Assembly (NCBI GenBank): GCA_905178155.1
Contig: CAJINV010000005.1
Location: 6,560,625-6,589,927, forward strand
Source of the DNA: Amoebophrya sp. A120
Taxonomy: Eukaryota > Protista > Dinoflagellata
DNA: 29,303 nucleotides
Reading direction: 5' to 3'
Shown: piece by piece, positions 10,837-21,242 of the stretch
Position numbering within the stretch: position 1 is the stretch's first letter
Layout: each line of letters opens with the position of its first letter
The notes under the pieces: generated by a model
What the model was told of the DNA's origin: nothing
The model's database searches: none
What the model saw: only the letters and a program-made list of their open reading frames with translations
Made by a program: the position numbers and the translations under genes

Positions 10837-13800
10837 ATGACGAGGCAACCTCCCACTGGAACTACGGGCGTTTGTCTCTCCGCCGCGACCAGGGGAAAAA
10901 CGACCACGCGGAAAACGACAGTGAGGATGCGGCTGCCCTCCGTGATGTCGGCCGTCACGCCCGCGTTGCTTGGCGGCGGCGGGATAAGCCTTCTCCTCGG
11001 TGTGGAGGCTGTGGTGACGACGCGGGTGCAGCAGAAAACTGCGTCACATGCTTCTGCTTACATCTATCCGTGTGACGGTGAGCATGAAGTAGAGACCAAT
11101 TGCTTCACCATCGGTGAAAATTCTTATTGCCTAAAATGTGGGTGCAACCCGGGTTACGCGAGAAAACATTGGCTCACGGGAGCATGGGTCACCAAAGCTC
11201 TTTTGCGGTCCGAGCCTCTTACTATTAAACCTTGTGAGGAGGTCTGCGACTTCACGTGTCCGACGGATCCTGCGAAAATAAACTGCGAGTCGAATGCGGT
11301 CAAGGATGCTCGTTTCGGTGAACCGCCGTCTGAGAAACCTGGGGTGTATGTGTCCAGCGGGGTGGACCCGGCCGCGGCGGGGAAATGTTTTCTGCCACTT
11401 GAAGGAGATGCCGATAATCTAGCAGAAATGGTGTTCGATTTCACCGGCTTCCGCACCACCTACGAGGACGCAACGCAAGCCAGTAACCATGTTATGCCGT
11501 GCAAATACATATGGCTGAGTCCTCTGAAGAATAAATGCGAGCTTGTGCTAAAGTCACTTCCCGTTGGCCGTACTGTGCACAGGTAGTAAAAGCGGCCCCG
11601 CTTTATTTCTTGTCACGACACGCAGATATGGTCGGTCGCTTTCGCATGGTGGTCGCTGAGCGTCGTCGCAAGAAAACATCGACTGCTTCGGCATGTAGTG
11701 CAGATTTATTTCTGAGCAATGCAAAAATGCATGACAACGGGACCCAGCTCCATATTTGCACCGCATAGCTTGGAACCAGAAGGAAAAGTGTGAGGAGTTT
11801 TGTGCTTCACAGGACGAGTGCCTCGGGTTCGTGCTGTGGAAGGGGGCAAAGAAGGCGGTAGATGAAGCTTGGGATATAGGTGATCTGACGGGGGCGGATT
11901 CTGATGGTAAGACAAAATGGCGGTGTGTATACTTCGACGGGTCAGAGGGTGTTGACGTGCTGGACGAGTTGGCAATGGTTCCAGAGGGCACGCTATGACC
12001 TGTAAATCTGTCTGGGCCTGGGAGAATGCAGATTTTTGCATACGGATACATATTAGTGGGGACCTGCGAGTAGAAGGTCCGCGATGCACGCGGAGCATAA
12101 CAAGATCCGCGAAGGGGTCTTCCTTGTGCTTAGTCCGCATAAAAAGAAATGGCCCGTGCGGGTCGTGAGAAAAAGTGTGCGCTTTCATTTCTGCTCACGA
12201 TGGTGCAAGACAGATTTTAGTGTGCTCCGGACCCAGCATCACAAGTTGCAATGTTCCAGAGGACCCAGACATGCTTGCAATGCATACACTCCGTATCGAG
12301 GCAGAATGGCATACGGCGTCCAGAAGTGGTGCCCCTGTACGGAGTGCAAGGATGGCCAGACGTTTGATACCAACTCGCAGAAGTGTAAATGCACCGGCGC
12401 CAACCAAGAGGTGAACGTTGCCGGAGACTGTGTGTGCAAGGACGGGTACAAGGATGACGGCGGGATTTGTGTCATGGATTGCGACCTGACGTGCCCCGTC
12501 GAAGTCATGTGCAAGGACTATGATGCGATTTACGGGTCCGACACGAAAATTCAAGGGGGCAGGTTCGTGACGCACCCGGTTGCGGAGAATGCTTGTGGTC
12601 CGCTGAACGATATGCATTGCAAATATATCTGGGTCGGGAAAAGGATTGCAACAGCTGCCATGCACATTTTGCATGACGCATGCTCTCTGTGATGTATGCC
12701 CTAGCTGCACCGAGGATTTTTTGAGTGCTTTTTGATCCTCTTTCCGCGTAGCAAAAAGTGGACGCCTCTTGCTGCTCATGCAATACGGATGTTTTTACAA
12801 TCCACAGGCAGCATTTTTGCCTGGCCAGCGAATGACCCCAGGGCAACCGGATGGCTGTTGCCTGGTTATCAGCGGCTTCGGCGATCGATCGTGCCCCTAT
12901 GGCCTTGTATTCCGGGTACTCCGGATCGCGCAACTAACCAACCAACAAGTTAGTTGGACTGCAAGTTCGATCCTCCTGTTGGGAATTGCTACAAGGTGTA
13001 CAACTTTTCCAGACCCAGACCACATATTTGCATTGCATAAAGGATATTGCAGGCAAGACTCACAAACAGCTGTTCGCGGACAACGTTATGACGTACGAAG
13101 CAGACGGCGGGAAAGGGGCACTGGCCCCGACTGCAGAGGATTGCGAAACAGAGTGCGCTGGAAATGCTGAGTGCGAAGGGTTTGTCACGTTCAATACCAA
13201 ACAAGACGGCGACAACGTCAACAAGTGGAAGTGCTATTGCTTTGGTACCAAGGCTGGAACCCATTATCCTTATCCAGACAGCAACAATGTGACGGACACG
13301 GAGAACGACAGAATTCGGCACCTCAGCAAGTGGTGCCCCTGCAATACCTGTCCAAATGGCAAGTTCTTCGACCCGACTGGTGCGCGGGGCAGTAATTGCA
13401 AGGAGTGTCTTGCAGATGCACATGCACCCAATTGGGACAGCAACAGTCACCAGTGCGTCGCGGAGTGCCCGAACGGTTACCCTGGTGCCGACTATCCCTA
13501 GTGGAAAAACCTACCCAGTACCCTGTATAGGTCAGACGGGAAATAGAAATAATTACAGTCATGATTTGCTACATCTAGAGGACAAATAATCCAGAAGTTC
13601 TTCTTCTTTTGGAACTTACGCATGACAAGCAGAACTTGAACTTTGGACATGCAAGGCAGTCCTGGCTAGCGTCCCTAGCCGCATAGCCAACTCACTAGCA
13701 TAACGAATTTCCAAACACGACTTCTTCTAAAGGGCTGCCAGGGGGAGTCGAGTGCTCTCTTTTTCTTTTGCTTCTCCGAGAAGCAAAAGAAAATCCAAAG

Positions 13801-16800
13801 AGAATTAACTGAAATCCATGCGCGAAAAGTTTCGAAAAAAAAAAGATTGGCAGGACAATTCTAGGTAGTTGGGTACGTTTTTCTACAGGATACAGACAAA
13901 GTGTGCGTCGCGTGCGGCGACAGAATGAAGCCCAACGAGGACGGGAATGCCTGCGAATGCGAAGACGGGTACGAGATGCAAGGGGACACGTGTGAGGCTC
14001 CCGTTTGTGATGACACCGTGACACTAAGTGACGGCGGTACTCCTGTTGCAGTTGAAAACGTACGGGCCTCCGACGGTAAGTGTGCGTGCTTAGGTGGCTA
14101 CAAGAGAAACACCACCAGTGGCTGGACGGAGGTCAAAGAAAAACAAGATGACCCCGACGCCCCGTACGTTCCGTGCCAGGCGGAGACCTGCGAACTCACC
14201 TGCCCGACGGCCCCGAGTGAGATAAACTGCCAGGCGGCTGCAATTACGGAAATCGTTGAGACAAACGGCAAAGGTATGTTCGTGAGAAGCCCCTTCGCCG
14301 GGCATTCCCGTTGTGCGCCCAAGCTGGAGGCGAACGCCACGAACGTTCGCCCCACAATCCTCGATCTGACGCTGAACTGGAGCGAATACGGGCAGGACCA
14401 AAAGCAAGCGACCAGCGGCAGCGGTCAGTTACCAGAGTGTGAGAAAACGTGCGCCAAAAAGCACGGCGACTCGTGCAAGGGTTTTCTGGTTTTCAAGAGC
14501 ACAGATGACGAAACCCTGGATGGTGGTAATAAGTGGAGGTGCCGGTTCTTCAACAACACCTATCCGGAAGTGGATATTAAAAGGAAAAAATCCCTCCTCC
14601 CTATATCAAAACAAAGTTTCTAATGCTGGATTTGCGTACACAAATCAGATCTTGCAATTGCAGGCCTATATCGAGCCTGAGCCGAGAGGTTTTGGCCTAG
14701 GCGCTTAGCATGACAGACGTTGACGCTGTACTAGGTCGAACAGCATCACAGACCGCCTGCATAATGCGGCGGACATTCTAAATCTGCCCTCTTGCGAGAC
14801 AGACGCCATTTGTGGCCACAAATCAGCGCCGCAAATCTTCAACAGCATGGCTGTTCAACATGGGGAGGGGGGATTTTTCCTGACGATAGATGAACTGGCT
14901 CCGTTAGACTTGCCCTCCGGAAGCGGAAGGAGCAACATTAAGTACATGAGCAAGTGGTGCCCCTGCACGACTTGCCCCGCGGACCGGCCGAACTGGAACC
15001 TGACTGATCAGGACTGCACCGCTTGCCCGCAGGCCACGCCGCATTGGCACGCCGCAAACCAGACCTGCGTCGCGGCCTGCCCGGCGGGAACACACGCGGA
15101 GGCAGAAACTGGGCATTGTGCGGAAAACGTTCTTGCCTGCTCTTGCCCCCACGGGATACGCATAGTGCATGTACTGGGTCTGGATGAGTGCGAACTCAAT
15201 GTTGTGATGCGTATTTTCTTAGATCACGCAGAAATCTGTCGTGCACTTGCCTTGGACACAAAATTTGAACAGAATTTTGCCCCCTTGCTTTTGTGATGTC
15301 ACCGAAAGATGAGGGCATCTGCTGATTATATGCGGATTTTTACGCAACACTGCAAAATGTCCTTTCTCAAGAACTTTTTGATGCTAGGACTTTCCTGCAA
15401 GCGAGACGACCTGGTGGGTCGTGCGAAAACACCATGACAATCTGCATTCACTCAGACGCCAGACATGTTTTTGGTTGATAGGGTACTCCGGTGGCGGATT
15501 TGGTCTGTGCCGCGAATTATGCATTGCAGAAGCATCGCTATCGTGCTTGTACTAGTGCAATACAAATTAATAGCGGAGCGTGACGAATGAGATTTGTCAT
15601 GCTGATGTAGCTTGAAAAAGAGACTTGTCATGCATGATTGCGATTAGTACGAGTGCGATGCTTTTGCGATGCATACGGATGAGGTGAAGTGCGAAAAATG
15701 CAATGCCGGGTTTCACGACGCTGGAAACGGCTGCGTGGCGAATGATATCAAGTGTAAAAATGTCTGGGTCTGGAAGATTGCGAGATTTGTCATGCGTATT
15801 TCGGATCACCCAAATGGCGTCTGATGCAGGCAAAAGCATCACAGGTTTTTGGCACGCCTCATGATGCCTGTCCCGCATGAGAAACTTCCTACTTGCGTGC
15901 CAAGAAATGGACAGCTTTTGGCGCTCATGCAACACAAATTTTTGCGTGTTCCAGAGTTTGCATCACAAGTTCCAACCCTTCCAGACCCAGACATTTTTAC
16001 AGGTGATAAACGAGTGCACGTGCGACAGCGGGTATGCAAAAAAAAAAAACTGTGTAAATGTAAGTTATCTGTGATGGAAAGCATGCTGAACACAGTATAC
16101 AGTTGTCATGCTAGCCAGGGATTATAGAGTCCGATTTGTTCATATGTGTTGCCCTACGTACTGGCTGCGCATCATGACAGGAGGTTTTCTCTGTGGTCAT
16201 GCAGAACTACATATTTGTCATGCTGTCGCGCCAAGACACCTAACAGTAACACTGACACAGTTTTTTTCTGGGATAGCGGGGCAGACACCGAGGTCGCAGC
16301 GACGGGAGAGGCATGTCCGACGCACGGAGAGAGCCTGTGCGTGTGCAAAGAGGGGCTTGTATGCATTGCAAATTTGTCTGGGTCTCCTGGAAGATTGCAA
16401 CTTGTCATGCTATAGCTTTGGACTCTAAAAAAATTTTTACAGCATGAAGAGCAGCAGGAGGACTCCAGTTGTTGCTATGCGTTCGCAGACGGCATTTCTC
16501 TTCATGCGGGAGAGGCAACATCAAGAAGCCCGTAAAAAACCTGTGATGCTAGGGCATGCATCACAAACATCATGGGTGATGCAAAATGTGCATGACGAGC
16601 GTTCCACTCTTCCAGACCCAGACATATGTGCAGCTGATAGCTCGAGCGGCAAAGCGACGGAACTTGTGCGACCACGACACTGTCCGACTGCCCCTGCACG
16701 CACGGCACCGGCGTATCCAAGAAAAAAACGTTGTAGGTGTAACTTTTTTGGAGGAGCAGCATTACAAATCTGTCGGGCATGACAGCAAAAACCTGTCATG

Positions 16801-17967
16801 CGCAGATAGTACGTGAAAACGCCCTTTAATGGGCCCTAATAAGCACGACAGACGCAATCATCTTGCATGTTGCGCATTACAAATTTACACTAACAACGTT
16901 TTTTTCTTGGATACGGCGCCGCTGGCGACCAGTGTCCGGACAAGGAGGAAAAGTGCACCGAGTGCGACGAGGGCTACAAGCTGGGCGTACCCTAGTGAAA
17001 AGTATCGTACTCGTATTGCAATCGTGCATTACAAAGTCTTTTCGTAAGGTAAATCCGCATTACAAATTTTTATTTTTCATGCTGAGGAAACTTGTAATGC
17101 ATTCATACGAGTACGATACTATTTTGCAATGCATAGGGCGCCACCAGCGGCAAGTGCGATGAGTGCGCCGAGGGGTTCGAGGACTCCGCGGGTGAGTGCG
17201 TGGCAGCTTCTCTCGCCCCTTTGGCGGAGCCTCCGTATTGTGAGGAAAAATCCCCCTACTTCCCCATATGGAAAACGCATCCGTCTCAGAATTTGTGATG
17301 CAGATTTGTGACCACAAATCCTGTCTGTCTTGCAAGAAGGCAAGAAGCCCAGAGTAGAGTCCGCCACATTATGCAGGCGGTTTGTGATGCTGCTCGCCTT
17401 ACAGCATAGAAGACATTGGTTATGCTAGTTGCCTAAGTCAAAACCTCTCAGCTCAGGCTTGGCGTATGCCTGCAATTCTCCACTGCAAGACAAATCCGAT
17501 CTGTGTACGGAACTCCAGCATCAGAAATTTCGTTTTGATATGGGGAGGGGGCATTTTTCCTTTTGATACTCCGAGCGAAAAACTGTGCGGAGAAGGCAGT
17601 TGTTTATGCATTGCAAATACTTGTGTCTGGGTCTGGAAGGATGCAAGTTGTGATGCTAATTCTGGATCGTGCAAAAATGTGTGTTGCATGAATGCCAAAA
17701 GCTGTCCACTTTTGACCAAGTAGAGTTAGAGAGGAAGTTTCTCATGCAGGATCATAGGCATGATAGGGATCATCTCACAGAATCTGTCATGCTAGGTCCT
17801 GCATTCCAGACGACATGGATCATGGAAAATCAGCATGACAAGCCTCGGAATTATCTTGATAATCCAGACCCCGACACGACATTTGCACTGGATATTGTTT
17901 TCTCGAAGTCAATGACGACCCAGAGGGGCAGCCGGCAGAACGAGAGGACGCGTTTCTCATGTTGTAA
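10837..17967 (+). CDS. Paralogous Cys-rich secreted/surface protein with three PAN/Apple-like modules (about 1050 aa, 15 exons)
   Basis: Inferred exons: 10837-11491, 11769-11992, 12288-12609, 13041-13491, 13894-14573, 14890-15155, 15482-15516, 15677-15744, 16010-16031, 16277-16358, 16641-16712, 16915-16986, 17137-17234, 17570-17603, 17896-17967. Joined length is 3153 nt with an open frame. It has a hydrophobic N-terminal segment, shares TTR(L/V)QQKT and EKLCG...CFLEV with the upstream gene, and contains the PAN-like EDCETECAGNAECEGF...WKCYCF. Alternative start ATG 10927. Confidence 0.8.
11493..11767. mobile_element. TIR introner, degenerate family A; intron 11492-11768 TT-AG
   Basis: Ends tatgccgtgcaaata ... 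tatttgcaccgcata; frame restored (SNHA-WNQKEKC). Confidence 0.8.
11994..12286. mobile_element. TIR introner, family A; intron 11993-12287 CT-AC
   Basis: Degenerate family A TIRs; TSD CACGC/CACTC. Confidence 0.8.
12611..13039. mobile_element. TIR introner, family A, with an approximately 175-bp nested insert; intron 12610-13040 AT-AA
   Basis: Family A TIRs and body, interrupted at about 12815-12989; TSD AACGA/AAGGA. Confidence 0.85.
13493..13892. mobile_element. TIR introner, family C-like (diverged); intron 13492-13893 CT-AC
   Basis: Ends tatccctagtggaaaaacctaccc ... gggtacgtttttctacaggata; TSD CCGAC/CAGAC. Confidence 0.8.
14575..14888. mobile_element. TIR introner, family B; intron 14574-14889 AT-AG
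   Basis: Family B TIRs; internal atttgtggccacaaat; TSD partly eroded (GTGGA/GATGA). Confidence 0.88.
15157..15480. mobile_element. TIR introner, degenerate family A; intron 15156-15481 AT-AG
   Basis: Ends tac...ctgggtctggatgagtgc / gcattcactcagacgccagacat...gata; TSD CGGGA/GGGTA. Confidence 0.75.
15518..15675. mobile_element. Short TIR introner, family G; intron 15517-15676 TT-AC
   Basis: Ends tatgcattgcagaagcatcgc ... gcgatgcttttgcgatgcata; TSD CGAAT/CGGAT. Confidence 0.85.
15746..16008. mobile_element. TIR introner, family A; intron 15745-16009 AT-AA
   Basis: Family A TIRs; TSD AATGA/AACGA. Confidence 0.9.
16033..16275. mobile_element. TIR introner, family D; intron 16032-16276 GT-AG
   Basis: Ends tatgcaaaa...aaaactgtgt / acacagtttttttctgggata; perfect TSD GCGGG. 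Confidence 0.88.
16360..16639. mobile_element. TIR introner, family A; intron 16359-16640 GT-AG
   Basis: Family A TIRs; TSD GCTTG/GCTCG. Confidence 0.88.
16714..16913. mobile_element. TIR introner, family D; intron 16713-16914 GT-AC
   Basis: Ends tatccaagaaaaaaacgttgt ... acaacgtttttttcttggata (perfect 21 bp); perfect TSD CGGCG. Confidence 0.92.
16988..17135. mobile_element. Short TIR introner, family G-like; intron 16987-17136 GT-AG
   Basis: Subterminal inverted repeat agtatcgtactcgtat / atacgagtacgatact; perfect TSD GGGCG. Confidence 0.88.
17236..17568. mobile_element. TIR introner, family B; intron 17235-17569 GT-AC
   Basis: Family B TIRs; perfect TSD CTCCG; opposite orientation to 14575-14888. 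Confidence 0.9.
17605..17894. mobile_element. TIR introner, family A; intron 17604-17895 TT-AT
   Basis: Family A TIRs; perfect TSD TTGTT. Confidence 0.88.
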
Positions 17968-18088
17968 ACAAGTTTTGGAACAACATACAAAAACATTTGC
18001 CCATTTCGTGGAGAAGAACGAGGGCAGAGTCAAGTACTAGAAATTATGACTCAAGAACAACGGGAGGAAATGAATTCTGCACTGTATC

Positions 18089-18297
18089 TATGCAAGAAAA
18101 AAACTGTGTAAGTGTAACTCTGTAATGCAGAATATGCAACAGACTTACGCCTGTCATGCCACACAACCACGAAGCTCTTTTTTCATGTGTGTTTTCCCTT
18201 ACAAGCCGCGCATGACAGGTTTTCTCTGTCATGTAGAGCAAATTTGTGATGCTGTCAGCCAAAGAAAGTTACACTTACACAGTTTTTTTCTTGGATA
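18089..18297. mobile_element. TIR element, family D, downstream of the stop codon (3' UTR or intergenic)
   Basis: Ends tatgcaagaaaaaaactgtgtaagtgtaact ... agttacacttacacagtttttttcttggata; perfect TSD GTATC. Confidence 0.92.
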
Positions 18298-18360
18298 GTA
18301 TCCGATACAATTCGACCTGTATTCGTTCTTGAAGAAGCTCCTGCTGGCGGCCTAAGGCAT

Positions 18361-19012
18361 GGCTAAAGGTAGAATAAAATGCTTTTGAGTTTATTTTTCT
18401 GTTCTGAAGCAGGAGTTGATGTTGATCTAGACGACGATCGTTGTTCATGTTATCACAAATTGATGACGAAGGGCCTGCTTTAGCATTGCACTTCCGCATG
18501 ACAAACGAAACAAAAAAAAACAGGTTGAGAAGAACGCAGGGCATGAGGAGATTGTCCTGGCCGTCACGGATTTTTTGCTCATTTTCATGCGCGGACTGAG
18601 CCATGATGTGCTGAAGGTAGAATAAAGTGCTTTTGAGTAGTGCTTTGTGGTTGTTGAAGATGCTGTCACAAATTGATGACGAAGAACCTGCTTTAGCATT
18701 GCACTTCCGCATGACAAACGAAACAAAAAAAAACAGGTTGAGAAGAACGCAGGGCATGAGGAGATTGTCCTGGCCGTCACGGATTTTTTGCTCATTTTCA
18801 TGCGCGGACTGAGCCATGATGTGCTGAAGGTAGAATAAAGTGCTTTTGAGTAGTGCTTTGTGGTTGTTGAAGATGCTGTCACAAATTGATGACGAAGAAC
18901 CTGCTTTACCATTGCACTTCCGCATGACAAAAAAAAACAGGTCGCGAGGAACGCAGTGCACGCGGAGATTGTCCTTGCCATCACGGATTTTTCCTCATTT
19001 TTCTGCGCGGAC
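18361..19012. repeat. Tandem repeat, 213-bp unit, about 3 copies
   Basis: ctgaaggtagaataaagtgcttttgag occurs at 18611 and 18824 (period 213), with a diverged copy near 18363. The central copies are near-identical. Confidence 0.9.
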
Positions 19013-19503
19013 AGACTACATTTTGATGAAGGACCAGCACCTTGTCCGACTACCTTACACCTGAGCAGGCCGCGGGAAGAAGCAGGTGGCTCTCTTCATT
19101 ACACAAGTGGAACTTTTTTTTTCTGAATATGCACCTAGTACAACTTTAAGTTTGTTACATGACACTACAGGTACATACACAACTACATTTTTTTGCAACA
19201 AAACGGTCTAAAAGTAAGCGCTTTTTTTTTTGATTATCACAAATACGCAGCTACGTAATCTTCTGTTTTTTTCGTTTTTTTATGCCAGTTCATTTTGATA
19301 AAAAACATAATCGCTCAACGTTTAAACTTGATATTGATTTTTTTTGTTTCGCATATGCTCTTTTTTTTTACAATTTTTTACAACAAACTATTGCCTAGAA
19401 GACCCTCTTTTCCTGTTTCACCACAAGCATCTCCCATCGCCGTTTTTCTTCGATAAAGAACTGGGCGCCATAGTATCCCTATGTATAGTAGTTGCGCGGG
19501 AAT

Positions 19504-19605
19504 AAGAAAGCCCGCCGGCTCACTGTGAGCCAGCGGGCTTTCTTTAGTAGCCGGCTGCTCACTGTATCGAAGTCCAGGACTGTGACACAGTCCTGGACTT
19601 CGATA
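19504..19605. other. Two adjacent 41-nt palindromes (20-bp arms, 1-nt loop)
   Basis: 19504-19544 has one mismatch and 19565-19605 is perfect; they are separated by 20 nt. Confidence 0.85.
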
Positions 19606-21242
19606 ATTGTACTCAACATATTTCTACTGCTGCTGTGAAGAGGATTTTGACCGGCGGCCGCACAAGGAAGCAGTTGTAGTGCAGCTCTTGCGCTTCAGTT
19701 TGATCTTCGAAACAGAAAAAAAAGCACTCCCCCACAATTTCACCCAAAGTATCGTAGACTTTTTGGCGACCCCGTAGTTCCACTTTCACTTTCACAGCCC
19801 CCCGAGTCGCATGCATAAGTACGGTATATATGATTCCCCCGATTATCATAACGTATAGCCCCCCGGCCCCGCCATCTTTGAAAAGAAAAACGCGTTCCGC
19901 AAGTGTTAGTCAGACTTTTGCATCTATCGACCACAGTGAGGGTCACCAGCCAAGATCAAGAACAGGGAGCTGCTTTTTTACTTTACAATCTCGCGCCAAA
20001 CTTCAGCCGGCGGCGTGTAGCTGACGTAGACGTAGACAGTATTCATCAGACTGTTTTATTTCTGGTTAGGCCGACGAAAGAAGGGAACGTGGTGGCTGGA
20101 GCGGACAGACTGCGCATGGATGTTGTAGGGAGTATAGAAATGTTACTATGAGCTTATTTTTCTACGCCAATTTTACCACGCCAGTAGCACTGTTCACCTC
20201 CTTGTCGTGACGAGGCTCTAACCTCCTAGAAAATAAGCGACGCGCTCCTCGTAGTTAGTAGGCAGGCAATGAATTTTTGCAGATGAAAAACTTCTAGATG
20301 TACTAAAAATCCTGCACGAATAAACTTCTAGATGTAATAAAAATCCTGGTTCGTGACGAGGTGGAAATGAGAAGAAGATGAGAAACTGCTTATCCCTCTG
20401 TTGGACGTTGATGATGCAAATCTGACACCCCCCCGAGATATTATCCCCAGCAGTATTTTTCGAACTTTCTTGCAACGCGAAAAAAAACAAAACAGAAAGA
20501 AACCCGTTCTGGCGGGCTGCTGGCGTTGGGTGTGATGTGCTATTTGCTTCCTCAGCACCGACTTTGCTGTCTGTTCCTCGTCCTTCCCGCATCATTTAGA
20601 AATGTGTACTTTATTTTCGGGAGCGTTTTGGTTGCCCTTGCCGCCCAGGCCCAGTCCCAAAAATGCATATTGAGGAGAAGGAGATGATTCGCCCTAGTAC
20701 TTCTCACTCGCGATTTTAGCGGTTAGGTACCAGGAGCTGCTCGTCGTTAATAAAAGGTTGAAAAGAGGAACAAAATCGAAGTTATCCTGTTGTGCAATAT
20801 CTTCAGTAGTTGTCGTCCTGGTCGTCCCTGTCGTCGTTGGCTTTCAAACAGGCAGGGAGAAGTAGGAAATACAATTATTTAGAAGTCTACTTTAATACGT
20901 CGTTCTTCATTTCTGCTCGTCCTTATCTTCGTCCCGGTGTGGTCCCAAGCACTACTACTCGTAGTTTACTTTTTTTCGTTTTCTGTGTGCGTTTCGTGCA
21001 AAATCATGTTAAGGAAGAGACGGTTTTTTTGTATTAATATCTTTTTGCACTGGCCAGGGCCTCAACCACCTCATGCAGCCCATCGACCCATCTCGAACTG
21101 ATAGTGCAGCCAACATCGGTTTTTATTTGCAAGTGCGTAGTGACAAGTCGAGCTTGAGCTGGATCATGCCCGCTTAAAAAACGCGCTCACTAGTATCATC
21201 TAGAAAAGACTACGAGCTGCTCGTAGTTTTCTAGTAAAGACG

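Noticed and set aside
2033-17894. Repeat-spacer-like alternation resembling a CRISPR array or bacterial REP elements
   Set aside because: The repeats are inverted pairs bounding 150-430 bp bodies, the intervening segments are in-frame exons, and there are no cas genes or prokaryotic gene structure.
617-17967. The two large genes as transposon-riddled pseudogenes
   Set aside because: The joined exons have no stops or frameshifts over about 4.1 and 3.2 kb, cysteine patterns are intact, and old eroded elements still preserve their termini and frame.
19521-19527. CACTGTG resembling the RAG/Transib heptamer
   Set aside because: No nonamer or terminal context; a 7-mer is expected by chance in 29 kb.
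20287-20348. Short direct repeat aaacttctagatgta(c/a)taaaaatcctg, two copies
   Set aside because: Ordinary local duplication with no further support.
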